DNA from: Octopus sinensis | Taxonomy: Eukaryota | Reading direction: 5' to 3' | Assembly (NCBI RefSeq): GCF_006345805.1 | Contig: NW_021832224.1 | Location: 248,001-312,000, forward strand | Length of the DNA stretch: 64,000 bases | Part shown: positions 25,500 through 38,129 of the stretch, piece after piece | Numbering within the stretch: the stretch's first letter is position 1 | Layout: every line of letters begins with the position of its first letter | The notes under the pieces: model-generated | What the model was told of the DNA's origin: nothing | Seen by the model: only the letters and a program-made list of their open reading frames with translations | The model's database searches: none | Made by a program: the position numbers and the translations under genes

Positions 25500-26912
25500 A
25501 TGTCACCGAAAATATATCTTATCACGTCCAATGTAGGCTCCCTTTTTGGAATTGTATTGCTAATACATTTCATTTCTTAGTCAAACAAATTAATGAACAA
25601 TTGGTTACAAATGTTTAGAGAGGTATCCAGAACATCAAATTTCTAGTTTGTCAGCGTTGAAAAACCAGCCTTTCTAGCTCTCCATCTGCAAGAATTTGGC
25701 GGGAAATCTCGTGGGACATGCCACTCTGTGGAAAGCAGTCGATTCATTAAGTAGACACGCTATAATTCACTTAGTGATGTGACTAACTTTATGACAAAAG
25801 ATCAAAATTACAAAAAAGGATGTATTTTGATTGACAGGGACGTTGAATCGTCTTCCAGTTACACTGTATTTGTAGTCAGTCATCTCAGGCATTGGCAAGT
25901 CTTTATTTTGTCGGGGAGAATATGATAAAGGCTGAAATGTACGACTTTGAAGGAGAAACATTCCACGAACTGACTCAAATCGAGGTATCGAGTGTTTGTA
26001 GAATGATAGATATGTTCGATGGAATATTCCAAATGGTGTTACAGAGAGCATTTTCCGGCCAATATTCAAATTAATGTCACATTATAATAATTTATTCAGA
26101 CTATTCCTTCCCGTAAAGGGTTTATGCACTCAGTCTGGCTATTTGACGGACAAATCATTCACTTTGTCAACATACATTTGTTCCATGATGAATCCAACCT
26201 TATTTCTCTCACAAATGTATTTTTTATTTGTCAAAAACAGTCTCCATCCATGTACGCTAAACAGAGGGAACGAGCTTTTCTGTACGCTCACGAAAAGTTG
26301 GCTAGATTGTAAATAATTTTAGCATTATCAAAAAGTGTATCTTCCACAAAGAGCCACTTTTTATTTTTGGAGATTTTAACTTCCGAATAGACTCGTACAA
26401 ATATATAAACGACTGTTTCGATACTTCACAGTCCCCTCACGATGAGAACTGCTACCGATACACGACTAAAGTAAGCAAGGGCTATTAAATCGAGGATCGA
26501 ACTAATAATATGGAAGTAAAAGCTAAATTATTCAAATATGGAAATCAACCAACGCCCAAAAACATTTCTCAACTTAAAAAATACGACCGAGAACTTGACT
26601 TTTACTCAAATCTTTACCAAGAATTAGACAAGGATTTTCCCCCAAGGTAATAAAAAGTATAAACCATAATCCCAGTTATCCCTACACCGAATGCGAGGAC
26701 AAAAATGAGCTTGGGGATAAACGTTGTCCCGCATGGTGTGACCGCGTCATGTTCAATCAGGCGGCACGTGCTTCGGTTGGAATGGTAGGTGGATTAGGAT
26801 TTATAATAAGAGAGTATATGGAATGATTGGTGAGAATGTATCGATGGGTGATCACAAGCCAATATTTCTTTCAGTGGAAATAAATAAGGAAAATTCAGTT
26901 GAGGAAGAGTGA
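25500..26912 (+). CDS. INPP5A: Type I inositol polyphosphate 5-phosphatase, multi-exon
   Basis: LITSNVGSLF, LALHLQEFGGK, SRKGF..FVNIHLFHDESNL, FFGDFNFRID, RCPAWCDRV and MGDHKP motifs. Confidence 0.93.
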
Positions 26913-27005
26913 TGAGGAATTGAACACTAATGAAATAGGCATAGCTAATCTTATTTTATGTAATAAAGAATATTGTAAATCATACCAATTTTTAGTTCAA
27001 AACAA

Positions 27006-27640
27006 TTATTTGCCAGAATAAATATTGAAGACAGCTGCTAACGGATCGATTTGTGAGAACAGATGGTCTTCAGCCAGTCCCAAACTCAGAACAAAGAGCA
27101 CGTTGCTCATTGCCTTTGAAATCAATGGCGTCTTTGTACGCTCCGTTACAAACAAGCGACTTTCAAGCATTGAAGCAATTCCAGCTACTCTCTTGACAAT
27201 ATCACTGATAGATGTAAAACTCTCCAGAAGCAATTCCAGCTTGGAAGAGAGGGGATGGATACCATATAGTTGGTAGATACACACCATAAACACAACTACA
27301 GTCAACCCTCTATTTATTGCCACCAACGGAACCGACCAAAATACTGGCAAAAAGGAAGATAGTTAAAAAAGCTGTCGTCAATAAGTCGATCTTTTATTTT
27401 AAAGTCGAGCTCTAGGATTTCCTCCTAAATCAATAATGTTTATTCATTTAATAATTCTCTGAATTCCTCGATTTTACACGAAAAAACATCAATAATTTCA
27501 CTCTTGAGGCTTGTTTTATTCATTTTTTTGGTAAAAAAGGAGAGTGGCAAATCATAGAGGTTTGACTGTATGAGGCTTGCGTATTTCATAAGAAAAAAAT
27601 CAGATCCTTAGGCCCCAATTGTCCAGCAGGAGGATAATCA
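27006..27640 (-). CDS. Uncharacterised membrane protein (5' end approximate)
   Basis: The open frame extends upstream of ORF 27006-27350 via a short intron and carries two hydrophobic segments (YLPFLPVFWSVPLVA, GLTVVVFMVCIY). Confidence 0.4.
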
Positions 27641-27719
27641 ACATTATTGAATTAGATATATATTTCACTCAGGTTAAAACTCGATTCGATTACAAAATAT
27701 CAGCAAAAATTATACATTA

Positions 27720-28185
27720 ACCTGAATACCAACCAGATAAAACTACCCGACACAATACTAATGTTTTAATGTATTTACAAACGCTTTCCCAAATGACAAA
27801 TACACCTTTAACCAGGCATATGATTCTAAACCTCCACACTAAGCAACTAAAATCCTTATGTATCCAGCACGTGAACATAGCAACCACGAATTAACCACAT
27901 AATACAACGATAATAACAAATTTCGCTGTGGGCATCACCATTTATTCCTCGACTATCAAAACAAACAAGATAAAAACGTCAATCCGTCCTGTCCAATCTG
28001 CCATGACGGACGACACACAATAACGCACGTCATCCTGGAATGCAAAAATCTCACCACCATAAAAAGATCTTATAAAAATAATTCACTCCATAACTAATAA
28101 TGTGACCCTAAGAGATCTGTCGGTTCTCTTCGTGCCGCATTCCTCCCAATTTCAGGGGGAATGGGGTCAAATAAATAAACATAAT
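27720..28185 (+). mobile_element. 3' remnant of an I-group-like LINE
   Basis: TKFRCGHH..CPICH..HTITHVILEC zinc knuckle and a G-rich plus (TAAA)n end like the element at 61085-62952. Confidence 0.7.
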
Positions 28186-28228
28186 AACAAGTCAAAAATG
28201 AAGAGAAATTAAACCAAGAAAATATTAT

Positions 28229-29303
28229 TTAAAGAGATCTGGGGGATCTATTAATAGACGGATTTCTCGGGGGTGTCATCGGTCTATTTGCAGCCAGAGG
28301 AATTCCCTTCTTTTTATCAGCAGGCTTCAGTATCTGAAATGAGCACATAAGAGTATCATCGACTGTCATCAGAGCCCCTGCATTATCAAACTCCCCACAG
28401 TAGTTAGGAGCAGAAAATAAAGTAACCAACTGCCTCTTTGCAAAAAACTCATATCCATCCTCAACCACCTAAAATACACACAAAAAACGACCTGATGAGC
28501 CCTGCAAACCAAATCAAACTTATTCCGATCTATAAAATTTGCCACAACTTCAGGTCCAAAAGTAAAAGACACTCCTCGATCATTATCTCCCCATCCAGTC
28601 ACATCCTTGTCGGGATCAGACCAGAGGAGGTCACACAACAGTCCCTGATCTGGCACATCCGTAGGCCTCATAATCCGTCTGATCTGCTCCATGGACTGCA
28701 AGTCGGGACTCAGTCCTGAAATGAACAAAAATCCCTACCGCCATGACAGCAAAATATCTTTTCGTCCACAATAGCTGCAATTGGGAGACAGTTAAAACAA
28801 TCTGTGAATATTTTCCACAATTTTATGTTATATCGTCTCTTACATTCGTCGTAGAATCCGTAAATTCTGTTTATGCTTGCACATTCGTGGTTTCCTCTCA
28901 GAACAAAAAAGTTCTCAGGATATTTCACTTTGTAGGCCAATAAAAGACAAATTGTCTCCAAAGATTGCTTTCCTCTGTCAACGTAGTCCCCCAAAAATAG
29001 ATAGTTGGACTCAGGAGGGAAGCCTCCATACTCTAATAGTCTTAGAAGGTCATAATATTGGCCGTGGATATCTCCACATATTCGCAAGGGGGCCTCTAAT
29101 TCCAATAAGATTGGCTGCTGTAGAAATAATTCCCGAGATCGACTGCACAGACCACGGATCTCTGCTTCGGTCAGATTAATGTTTTTCCCAGGTCGAGACC
29201 CACGACCTACTAGACCCTTTATTCTACACTACTATATACCCTCGTGAAGACGGGATATTATCGAATCTAGATCAAATTTATCGGTAGAATCGTCAACTTG
29301 CAT
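28229..29303 (-). CDS. PP1: Ser/Thr protein phosphatase 1 catalytic subunit, 4 exons
   Basis: [23 protein letters not shown] and SAPNYC motifs. Introns of 33, 23 (28716-28738) and 23 (28469-28491) nt. Confidence 0.98.
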
Positions 29304-29424
29304 CACCACAAAAGCTAATAACTAGTTATGCTATTTTATATTATTAATTCAATAATTGGTTAAAATTTAATTCTATTATAAAATATTTTTATTAAAATTA
29401 GTTATTCTATTATTTTTAATTATA

Positions 29425-30590
29425 TTAAGTTCCTTCAGTAATCGTTTTGCTTGAAATTTGACTGGAACTGTTTTTTAAAGTATTCATCTTTAAATAATCT
29501 ATTTTACAGTCAGAATTGGACTCTCCTTCATTATACTCCGAACCACTCGTCTTTTCTTTCTCAAAACTGAGGTCAGATGTCTGAGAAGTCATTCTTTTTA
29601 TAATCTCTTGGTCTTCTATGTGTTCTTCATGTTTATAAAACGCAGGGAAATTCACAGAAATTGACCTCCTTGGCTTGGTTACTTAAATATATAGCATTAT
29701 TATATACCAGTATCTCGTGGTTTGAGGATTGGAATTGTCACCAAATCAAAAATTTGGTCAATCTGTTCTCCAAACAGTTCTGTGGCATGATTCATCATAA
29801 ATTGGACGCAGGAGGCCATCTTAGATTTAAAATATGAGAATACAATTTTTGAAGCTTTTATCATGTCTTTCAAAATGATATTTTTTTGCGAAAAAATACT
29901 TGCTGAAATACATATTGCGAGAGAACGGTCGTCCATTCTGTTTACAATCGAATTATTGGAAATATCTCTTAAAATGCAAATTATGAGTTTTAGGAGAGTG
30001 ATGTGGCAGGGAGGCAGACGGTCCAGGGTTCTATTCCAGTGAGGCACAAAAATTGTAACTTTTTTAGTTTTTTCACTTTTTTATTTATGCACGTCATTTT
30101 GCAACAACTTTTCCACGTTGAAAACGTTTTATTGTCAAGAATACACATTGGAAGTGATCTCAAATAGGTCAGAAAAAAACACAGGTCAAACTAACCTTAA
30201 AAACTGAAGCAACCGTTGCAGGTGAATATTCATCAAGTGACAAAATATCGGAAAATTTGATGACTTCTATAAGGTTTTGACATTCCATTTTTTGAGCTGT
30301 TTTCCTAAAAATATTTTCTTCGGAAGGTCCATATTTCTTTAAATAGTTCAGTATAACCTAAACTCTGATTTGTACCAACCAACATAAAGTTTAGGATTGA
30401 TGTAAATATCTGATATTATTCTATCCAGTGAAATATTGAACAAATAGTCTGCCCTTTCTGAATCTTCCATGTTAGCCTGGATGTAGAGGTCCTTGATGGT
30501 CTCACGAGGTTCTGAAATAATTTTAGGAGTACCTTCAGAAGAAGAAACTCTTTTGCCTATCTTTAGTGTCTCCACAAACTTTCTTAACAT
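29425..30590 (-). CDS. Rho GTPase-activating protein, multi-exon
   Basis: GPSEENIFRK, VASVFK..YLRSLP and NRMDDRSLAICISASIF RhoGAP motifs. Confidence 0.8.
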
Positions 30591-30601
30591 TTTTCTGAAT
30601 T

Positions 30602-30607
30602 CACGTG
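30602..30607. promoter_or_regulatory. E-box CACGTG in the RhoGAP/TMEM186 divergent promoter
   Basis: Palindromic TCACGTGA 11 nt upstream of the RhoGAP ATG, in otherwise very AT-rich DNA. Confidence 0.4.
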
Positions 30608-30718
30608 AATTTTATGTAAATTTCGTCTTAATTAGGTTGGAATAAAATGATTGTTTTTAAAAAGTAATATAGATTAATTTATTTTAAATTTAAGAATTAT
30701 TTTGTGGATAACCGAAAA

Positions 30719-31279
30719 ATGTTATTTGATAAACTACAGAGGACTAAACATATTTTTACTTTATTTTCATATATTCAAATCAGAACTCAATCAAAAAATA
30801 TCACAATTCCACTCCGAAAAACGGACAATTTTAAAAAAATTTACCACATGACACAAATCACAACCATCCGACTGTTTCTTAAGGCCAAAATATACCAAAC
30901 TGGACTACTTATACTACTATTTCCCGTCTACATGTATGAACAGAAAGATATTGTTCCATTTTTCTTATTTTCTGTTATTTCGATGTCAATGCTTACAATA
31001 ACAGGACTATATCTGCAGAAATTTGTCGGTTTAATAAAAATTAATCAAAAAATGGACAAAATTTGTATTTCCCGGTTAAATTTTTGGGGTCAAAGAGTCA
31101 ATCACGAAGTGGCGGTAAATAAAATTGTCGCCACGGGAGAATCCTCGGCCTATTCGTTTTCATTTTATGTCAAAAATGAATCCAATTTAAAAATTAAACA
31201 AGATTTTATTATCTCAAAAAGATTTGGAATTATTGATGACGAGATTGGATTTAATTTAGTTTTTAGAGATTGTCATTGA
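30719..31279 (+). CDS. TMEM186: TMEM186-like mitochondrial membrane protein, intronless
   Basis: FKKIYH..KAKIYQT, two TM helices, ISRLNFWGQR and FGIIDDEIGFNLVF match the TMEM186 pattern. Confidence 0.78.
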   Translation: MLFDKLQRTKHIFTLFSYIQIRTQSKNITIPLRKTDNFKKIYHMTQITTIRLFLKAKIYQTGLLILLFPVYMYEQKDIVPFFLFSVISMSMLTITGLYLQKFVGLIKINQKMDKICISRLNFWGQRVNHEVAVNKIVATGESSAYSFSFYVKNESNLKIKQDFIISKRFGIIDDEIGFNLVFRDCH

Positions 31280-31347
31280 TTGATTTTTTTATTTAATTTT
31301 TTTACTAACATTTCTACTAAAATCATTATAATTAAGACTGTTTCCAG

Positions 31348-32406
31348 ATGGAGACTTTATAGCACGTGTTATGACTAACAATCTATTAATTTAAAATAGG
31401 TTTTAGCGCATATTCGGTCTTTGTCTGGTTATGGTAAAGAAATTGAAAAAATCAAAAAAGAAGCTGAAGATATACCTAAAACACATATCGAAGTAAATAC
31501 TAAAACTAACATAGAACCCCAAAACTGAAATAAAAATTGGATTAGAGCAGACCCTAGAACCAAATATTGATGAATCGAAAGGACTAAAATATGATGAAAC
31601 ATTAACTGTATTTTAAAAATAATAATCCCCAGCTTAACACAGAGGTCTCCTCTGAAAGGGACAAGAGTCTGTTCATCTTTGAAGTACTCCTAAATCTGAT
31701 TGTAGTACCCCCTGACCACAAGGAACTGTTCGTATGGCATGCAGGACATCAACAGTATTCGAATCAAACCTGAAAACCGACTAGTACTCCTCTTGTTGTA
31801 GTCGTAGGTTGAAGTTCAAGTAAATAAAGAAGAATCCTCGACTAATCCAAAACCCCCACTTCCAAAAAAACGGAAAAAGAAGCCCCGAAGACGATGTCGA
31901 CCCTTAAAAGAATCGGAGATCAAGTTTTTGTTATTTTACTACTCTCAGACTAGTACAGGCCAATAAACTGACGTTGATGTCAGTCCCTGGGAAGAAGGCG
32001 AACCACACTCTCCTTGTTGGGAAGATTACAGACGGAGAAATGCATTTGAAGCCACTGGAGGACCACATCAAATTAAGACCAAGTTTCACCGTTTATGACG
32101 GTTTTATTTCCTCGGAGTTTATAGAAGATTCGGTAAAAGGGGAACAGGTCTGTCGAGTTAGGAAAGAAACGAGGTTTCAACGGCAGAGACGTTTGCGTTC
32201 AAAGAAGTGGCAAGATGAGTGTACTGCTGCTGAGAATTGGCGTGACTGTGTCTTTGGGGAGGTTACCTGTACATTTCAGTACTCAGGAATCACTCTCTCT
32301 TCGGCCTTCCCAAGAAAAGACTGAAGAAGGGACTGTACTGACAAGGGGTACTCAAATGGACTATATCAAAGGTCTTGTTCTCTCACACGTAAAGGAATAT
32401 TTGTAG
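31348..32406 (+). CDS. POLR3E: RNA polymerase III subunit RPC5 (Sin-like N-terminal domain), multi-exon
   Basis: LFIFE|YPL..SIRIKPENRL|VEVQV and GEMHLKPLEDHIKLRPSF..D. Introns of 22-24 nt are visible. Confidence 0.75.
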
Positions 32407-32459
32407 TTTTTTTGTTTTTTATTATTTAAAGCCTTGAATAAATGAAATATTATTTGTGA

Positions 32460-32809
32460 CAGTCTAAATAAAATACGCCCTGAATAATTACATTTTTTAC
32501 TTTTACTGAAATTGAAAATTTACATAAAAAAAATTTTAATTATTATTAAAAATATGATATGATATATTGGCAGGGAAGTTGTCCATTCTTTAAATGAAAA
32601 TAATCCCACTGGTTTTGACTTGAGACGGGCTCGTTTTTAAGCTTTTTATTTCCTTAAAGTCGCACATGCATTTTTTCACGCTTTTTAATTAAAAAATAAC
32701 AAAACAAATAATCAATTGGTTATTCTATCAGACTAATTTCTTTAATTTCTATTTTTGTCGGCCATCTGTGAGAAGCGTAAATTATTTGGCGTGTATTTTA
32801 TTTAGACTG
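32460..32809. mobile_element. MITE with 17-bp TIRs (Tc1/mariner-like)
   Basis: CAGTCTAAATAAAATAC at both ends in inverted orientation. A related TA-preceded TIR occurs at 33708. The TSD is not clean. Confidence 0.65.
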
Positions 32810-32844
32810 AGATTTAATATTAACTTGATTTTATGTACGTTATT

Positions 32845-34030
32845 TTGTTATTATTTAATGTCACCGTCTATTTAATGGACCACGCCATTAAACTGACTGT
32901 TTTTTATTATTACTTAAAGCCTCTCGATTGAATCGAATGCGAGTTGGGATGTGTTATTTGAAGAAAATGAACAAAATTACTTTGATTGATTATTTTTGTA
33001 AGTATTTAAACTGTGAACGGGGGATTTTTTGAGACGTCTTTCTTACTGTTCGCACATAATCGGGGACAATCTCGTTCTCCGCAGGTGGTCTTTGTTGTAC
33101 ATTCTAGTGAGTTTTTGTATGCGAGTGACTATCAAACTAGTGCTCCGGGTTCGAGTCTGGAAGTGTTCAAAATGATTAGGAATTATATTTTAGTTTGTTA
33201 TTCTCAGTTTAGATTGGGGAATTTGTAAAACATTCGAGTCTCTTCACCTTCTACCGTTCATGGAATGTTCCTCTTGTTGAATGCGAGGAACTTTTACGAC
33301 ATTTTGAATTTTTGGGGTCCAAGACCATCTCACTCAAACATTTAGAAAAGAATAAAAACAAGCTTTTTTAATTTTTATAATTGAAATTGAAATTGTATCT
33401 TTATAAAAGATTCTGTCAAGAGGGTGACATTGCTGAGCAAGGAACCGGTTAAAAAAATTAATAAAAATGCCAAAATTTGAGTAGTGTGGTTACGAGTTGT
33501 TTTAGAGCCGAGATATGGTCATTGCTTTGATGTTGCCTTCCAAAGTTGTACCAAAACTTCTTTCTGGAATCTTCTGGAATGCAATTTTTTGGGAATGATT
33601 TCAGGGGAGATGCACCAGATCCGATATTTATACGAATTGTTTAGTTGTAATGTATTAAAATTAGTGATGGATTTTATATTTCTGATTGAATAAATTAAAA
33701 GCTTTTACAGTCCGAATAAAATACATGCCGGATATATTTTTTATTGAAATAAAAATATAATTTTTATGAAACAGATGACAATCAAATTATTTAAGATTAT
33801 TACGCATTGCGTGAAGCTTTTGTAAGACGAAAGCTGAAAACGGGAGATGATTTTGATATTCTTAGAGAAACTGCAAAAAACCGTTGATTTTGAGGCAGTT
33901 AGTTAAGAGAATAATTTTCCGTCAGTGCAAAATAATAATTTTTTGTTGTATTTCTAATTTATAAAAATTAGTCAATTCATTTAACGGCGTGATCAATTAA
34001 ATTGACGGTGACATTTAATAACGTCAAATT
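32845..34030. mobile_element. Non-autonomous element with about 55-bp imperfect TIRs (MULE-like)
   Basis: AATGTCACCGTCTATTTAATGGACCACGCCATTAAA near 32857 is mirrored by TTTAACGGCGTGATCAATTAAATTGACGGTGACATT near 33980-34015. Confidence 0.6.
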
Positions 34031-34199
34031 ATATCTATTTAAATATAGTAACTGATTTTGTGGTTATTTTTTGATACATGCAATAGTTTTTTAATGGAAA
34101 CAAGAAAAAAAGAGACGTTAAGCGACAACTCGTATACAAAAAAAAATATTTTAAGGGTAAATAAAATAAAATTTTGTAAAAATTACTTTTTATTCTGAA

Positions 34200-34825
34200 C
34201 TTTTAAAGCAAATCAAACCATCAATTAGTTCAAAATAGCAATCTACTTCAAATTCATAAAATTTTCACATGCTATTCTCAGTTTAAGTTTCTTTTTGCAG
34301 TCTGTTCCAGATACTTCAAGATACCTTCCTGGCTTAATTTGTGTAATTTTCACAAAAAGTCTTTGTTCTTCCATGGCCAAAACATTGACAAAAGCTGCCA
34401 AATTTGGGTGCGCTCTGTTAAATGAACTGTTGAACAGCTTATGCCAACCTTCCAATGAATTGGTTGTCCTAGGCATTGACTTTAATACCCGATGAAAACA
34501 ACTCCAAAAACTGATTTTGTACAGTTAATTAACCCTTTTTCAAAATCAATTAAAATACTTGCTGGTGAAGTAACAACAAGTGTCTTTATTTCTTCAAATA
34601 ATGCACAGTAGGCATTTTCTGTTTTTTTGAGCAAAAGAGCGTGCGCAAGAGGCCAGAATTTACCTAAGTATTTTCTTTGTATTGTAATCATTTGTTCGAA
34701 TTGATTAGGCACGCTTTTAAAGGTACCATCAATAACCCAGACATCTGATTTTCTCAAAATGTCAACCTGATAATCCAAACAAAAAATGACGTAACGATTT
34801 ACATCATTAATTCCGGAATCCACGT
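34200..34825 (-). mobile_element. Mutator/MULE transposase remnant
   Basis: WVIDGTFKSVP, ILIDFEKGLIN and PRTTNSLEGWH motifs, internally deleted. Confidence 0.9.
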
Positions 34826-35245
34826 AATATCACGAACGATATACGCTGAAAAAGCCAGCTCATTTCACAACTGTCCTGACTCCCCTTCTCGAGATGATTA
34901 AACCAATCTCTGAGAGGAGTTTGCGGGCTTTGAAACCAATTATCCCATTGGTTTCGAAAGCCAGAGGAATGAAGCAGCAGGTATCGGTCAAAGAGCCATA
35001 TTTTGCAGTTTTCCTAGATTTGATAAGGGCAGATGCAGATCCAGGACGAGAAGCTGAGTCAACCAGCAATGATGAGGAAAATGAGTCTACGCAGGTAACA
35101 TCCCACACGAGTGCCATTCTCTCCCTGAACGGGAATAAAATTGACCCATCAGGGCGGACTGATTCGTTGTCCAGGAACATACCGACTGACGAAATCGGTA
35201 ACGCATTCAGGCAATCGGCCGAATGTGGCTGACAGGCACTTTTTT
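34826..35245 (-). mobile_element. CRE-like RLE retrotransposon fragment fused to the MULE remnant
   Basis: RPDG..WDVTCVDSF..PLAFETNG..WLFQRISFVILRG. Confidence 0.85.
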
Positions 35246-35720
35246 TTCATTTGAGGTAACGTCCTCTTGGACATAATTTTTTCATTGGCACAAACGTTGA
35301 CCACGATGATGGCAGTGGTTTAGAAAAATGGAACTATTATGTCCAATAAGAACATAGAATCATGTAAAATATTATTCCAGTAGTGATGTAGGCGTATGAT
35401 CTTTCCTTAACTTTCTACGCCAAACTCTGCAGGCTGTTGAGGTCTTTTCACTGGTTTTAAGTCATGAATTAGCACTTAAGGAAGTTTAGTACACGGACGA
35501 CTTAGGAGCTTTTACTTAGCTGTTTCTAAAAGCTTTTTTATGGTAATATTCGCAGGCCTATCTTCCTCCTCTTTTAAAATTTGCCCAAACAGTTTTTAGC
35601 ATATTTCCTTGATTATTGTACTTAGGCCACTTAAGAAAGAGCCACGTTACATTCTGTAGAAAAAAACAAGCCCAATGTTTAAAAGTAATTTAACTTAAAT
35701 AAGTATAATGTATGGAAATG

Positions 35721-38060
35721 TTACTCCCATTCTGTGGTGCCAGGAGGTTTGCACGTGAGGTCAAGAATGACTCGACTAATTCCAGAAACACTTTTTATTT
35801 CTCTCGACATTTCCAAAAGTGACTAAAATTGAAATTTAGAGAATTACTTCAAAAGGAATATGTGGGGGAATAGCCACAGAACCGGTCATAAAGTCACGTG
35901 TAATGAATGGTCGAAGAACAATCGAATGTCGACCGGTCTCATCAAAGTCTATTGGGATCATGACGACCGGAAATTGTGACAGTTTGTTCATCATCTCAAA
36001 CTTGCGAGTAATTTTAGTCACGATTTGATCACATTGACGAAGTTTGTTCAGATTATTAAGATTTATATATGTTGGAGTGATATTTTTTAAACAAGACAAA
36101 TTTGGGGGATAGTGATCTAACATCAAAGTGACTCTGAGAGTAAGATAAACGAAGGGACCTGTTTATTCCATGACATAACTTGGGAATCAATTTAGATAGA
36201 AAAATAAGCGCATTCCAGTCAATCTCCTCAATATCATCGACTTGAAGCACAACTGGATTTTTATATGAACGACCATCTCCCTTTAAGTTAAAAAAATCCA
36301 CAAACTTGAACGCCAACAGACCGAATTGGCAGGACAAATGACTTGATATCACTTTTTGTATATTCTGACAATTCTTGTCGAGATTTTTCAGACAGAAATT
36401 GGTTAATCGTGCAAATCTCAGGCGAAATACGACCAGACTGAGACTACAAATTTTACTTAGATATATAAATCAACATAAAAGTGGAAATTGAGAATGTTTT
36501 CTAACATTTCTTTATCTTCTTGAAGACACACGAAAGGCTTGTCAGCACAAATGATTCGAATTGACAGTCCAGGACCTTTAAAATAAAAAATTCATTTACG
36601 ACCTGGAAAGGGGTGACGAAGTGCAGTACAGTCTGGAATCTCCAACTGTTGGGCCAGACGGACGACTTCATGTTTGTGTAAATCTCTTAAAGGTTCAATG
36701 ATCCTTCCCTTCAAATGATGGGTGACTAAACTTGTTTCCTTAAATTTCGAATAGCTTCTGTGTCATTGTGATGAGTTTTTATGGTTTCAGCCTCAAATGA
36801 GACGTCTTTCGAGGCACTTTCGATTAGGTCTGGTCTAAGAGTGCCTTGACAGAGTAGAAAATCGTCGATATTCAATCCTTCCTCTTTAAGATAGTCATCA
36901 AAAATCTAAAATCAAATTTTATAGAAATCATTACATGACGGAATGTGTCTCCGATTATTTTCCGCTTATGTTCAGGATCAGTGATCGAATTCAATGGTCC
37001 CCTCATTTCTCCGTCGATCAAAGTCGTTCCTTGCAAAAAACGAGATTTGGCATCCACGACTGAACAAGTCTAATAAACCGAGGTCACCCTTCAGTCGAAT
37101 CCCCAATTTCCTTAACCGACAAGTGATTTCTTCCACTTCTCCGTCTCTCATAAACCCATGGTCCACAAACAGTCCGTGTACTTTCTCAGATCCCAATAAT
37201 TCCTGGAGTAGACAGGCACACACCGTGGAATCAACTCCACCACTGGAAAAAACCTAAATTGAACTTTGTAGACCAACAATGACATGTCGAGACCCAACCT
37301 TCGACTTAATCTCGGATTTAATAGATAAAAAGTATTCAGCAAAAGAATGTGAGGGAGTCAGTTTGCAAATGTTGAAAAGAAAATTTCGGAAAATTGTACT
37401 CCCACAAGTCGACTCGTGTACTTCTGGGTGAAATTGAACTCCGTATATTTTTCTATTTTTAAAACTAACTCCTAAAGTGTTTTTTTATCTTGAAAATAAC
37501 CAGCAACAGCACAATCTGACGTAGCAATGGTTGTCAAACACGGAGAAATAATGCCAAGTGAATCTCCGTGGGTCAACATTACTTTTTGAGTTGTTTCAAG
37601 TCCACTATGACTTTCCTCAGAATTTAAAACCAGAATAATTCGCAGGATGGGTCTAAGGAAATTTCAAAAACTCCATCTTCTCTGATTTTCTTTGCTTCGA
37701 CAGTTCCGCCAAAAAATTGATTTATAAGCTACAAATTGAAGGAATCAATTCAACCTGTAGTCCATAGCATATCCCCAACACTGGGATACTTCCGTTAAAT
37801 ATTTCGTCAAGACATTTTGGAGAGTTTGGTTCAGTAACTGAGCCAGGCCCTCCACTAATCACAATCGCGCTGTGGTCATTTTGATAAGTTAAATTACCAA
37901 CCGACAATCATGGTTTAAAATTGACTGTAATGACGAGTTTAGTGGAAGAAGACATGTTTCTATGCAGAGATCTCGAATGCTTGCGTCAATTAGCTGTGGA
38001 AATATATATCAATTGGACCTTGCTGTATTGAGCACCTGCGTCAAGGATTGCTACTTTCAT
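35721..38060 (-). CDS. GMPS: GMP synthase (glutamine-hydrolysing), many exons
   Basis: [53 protein letters not shown] and KPPGTTEWE*. Introns are 23-32 nt. Confidence 0.97.
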
Positions 38061-38129
38061 TAAGAACTACGCACACGCTAATTATGGTTTTATCAAATTT
38101 AAAAATTAATATCGTCAATTAATGTACCA

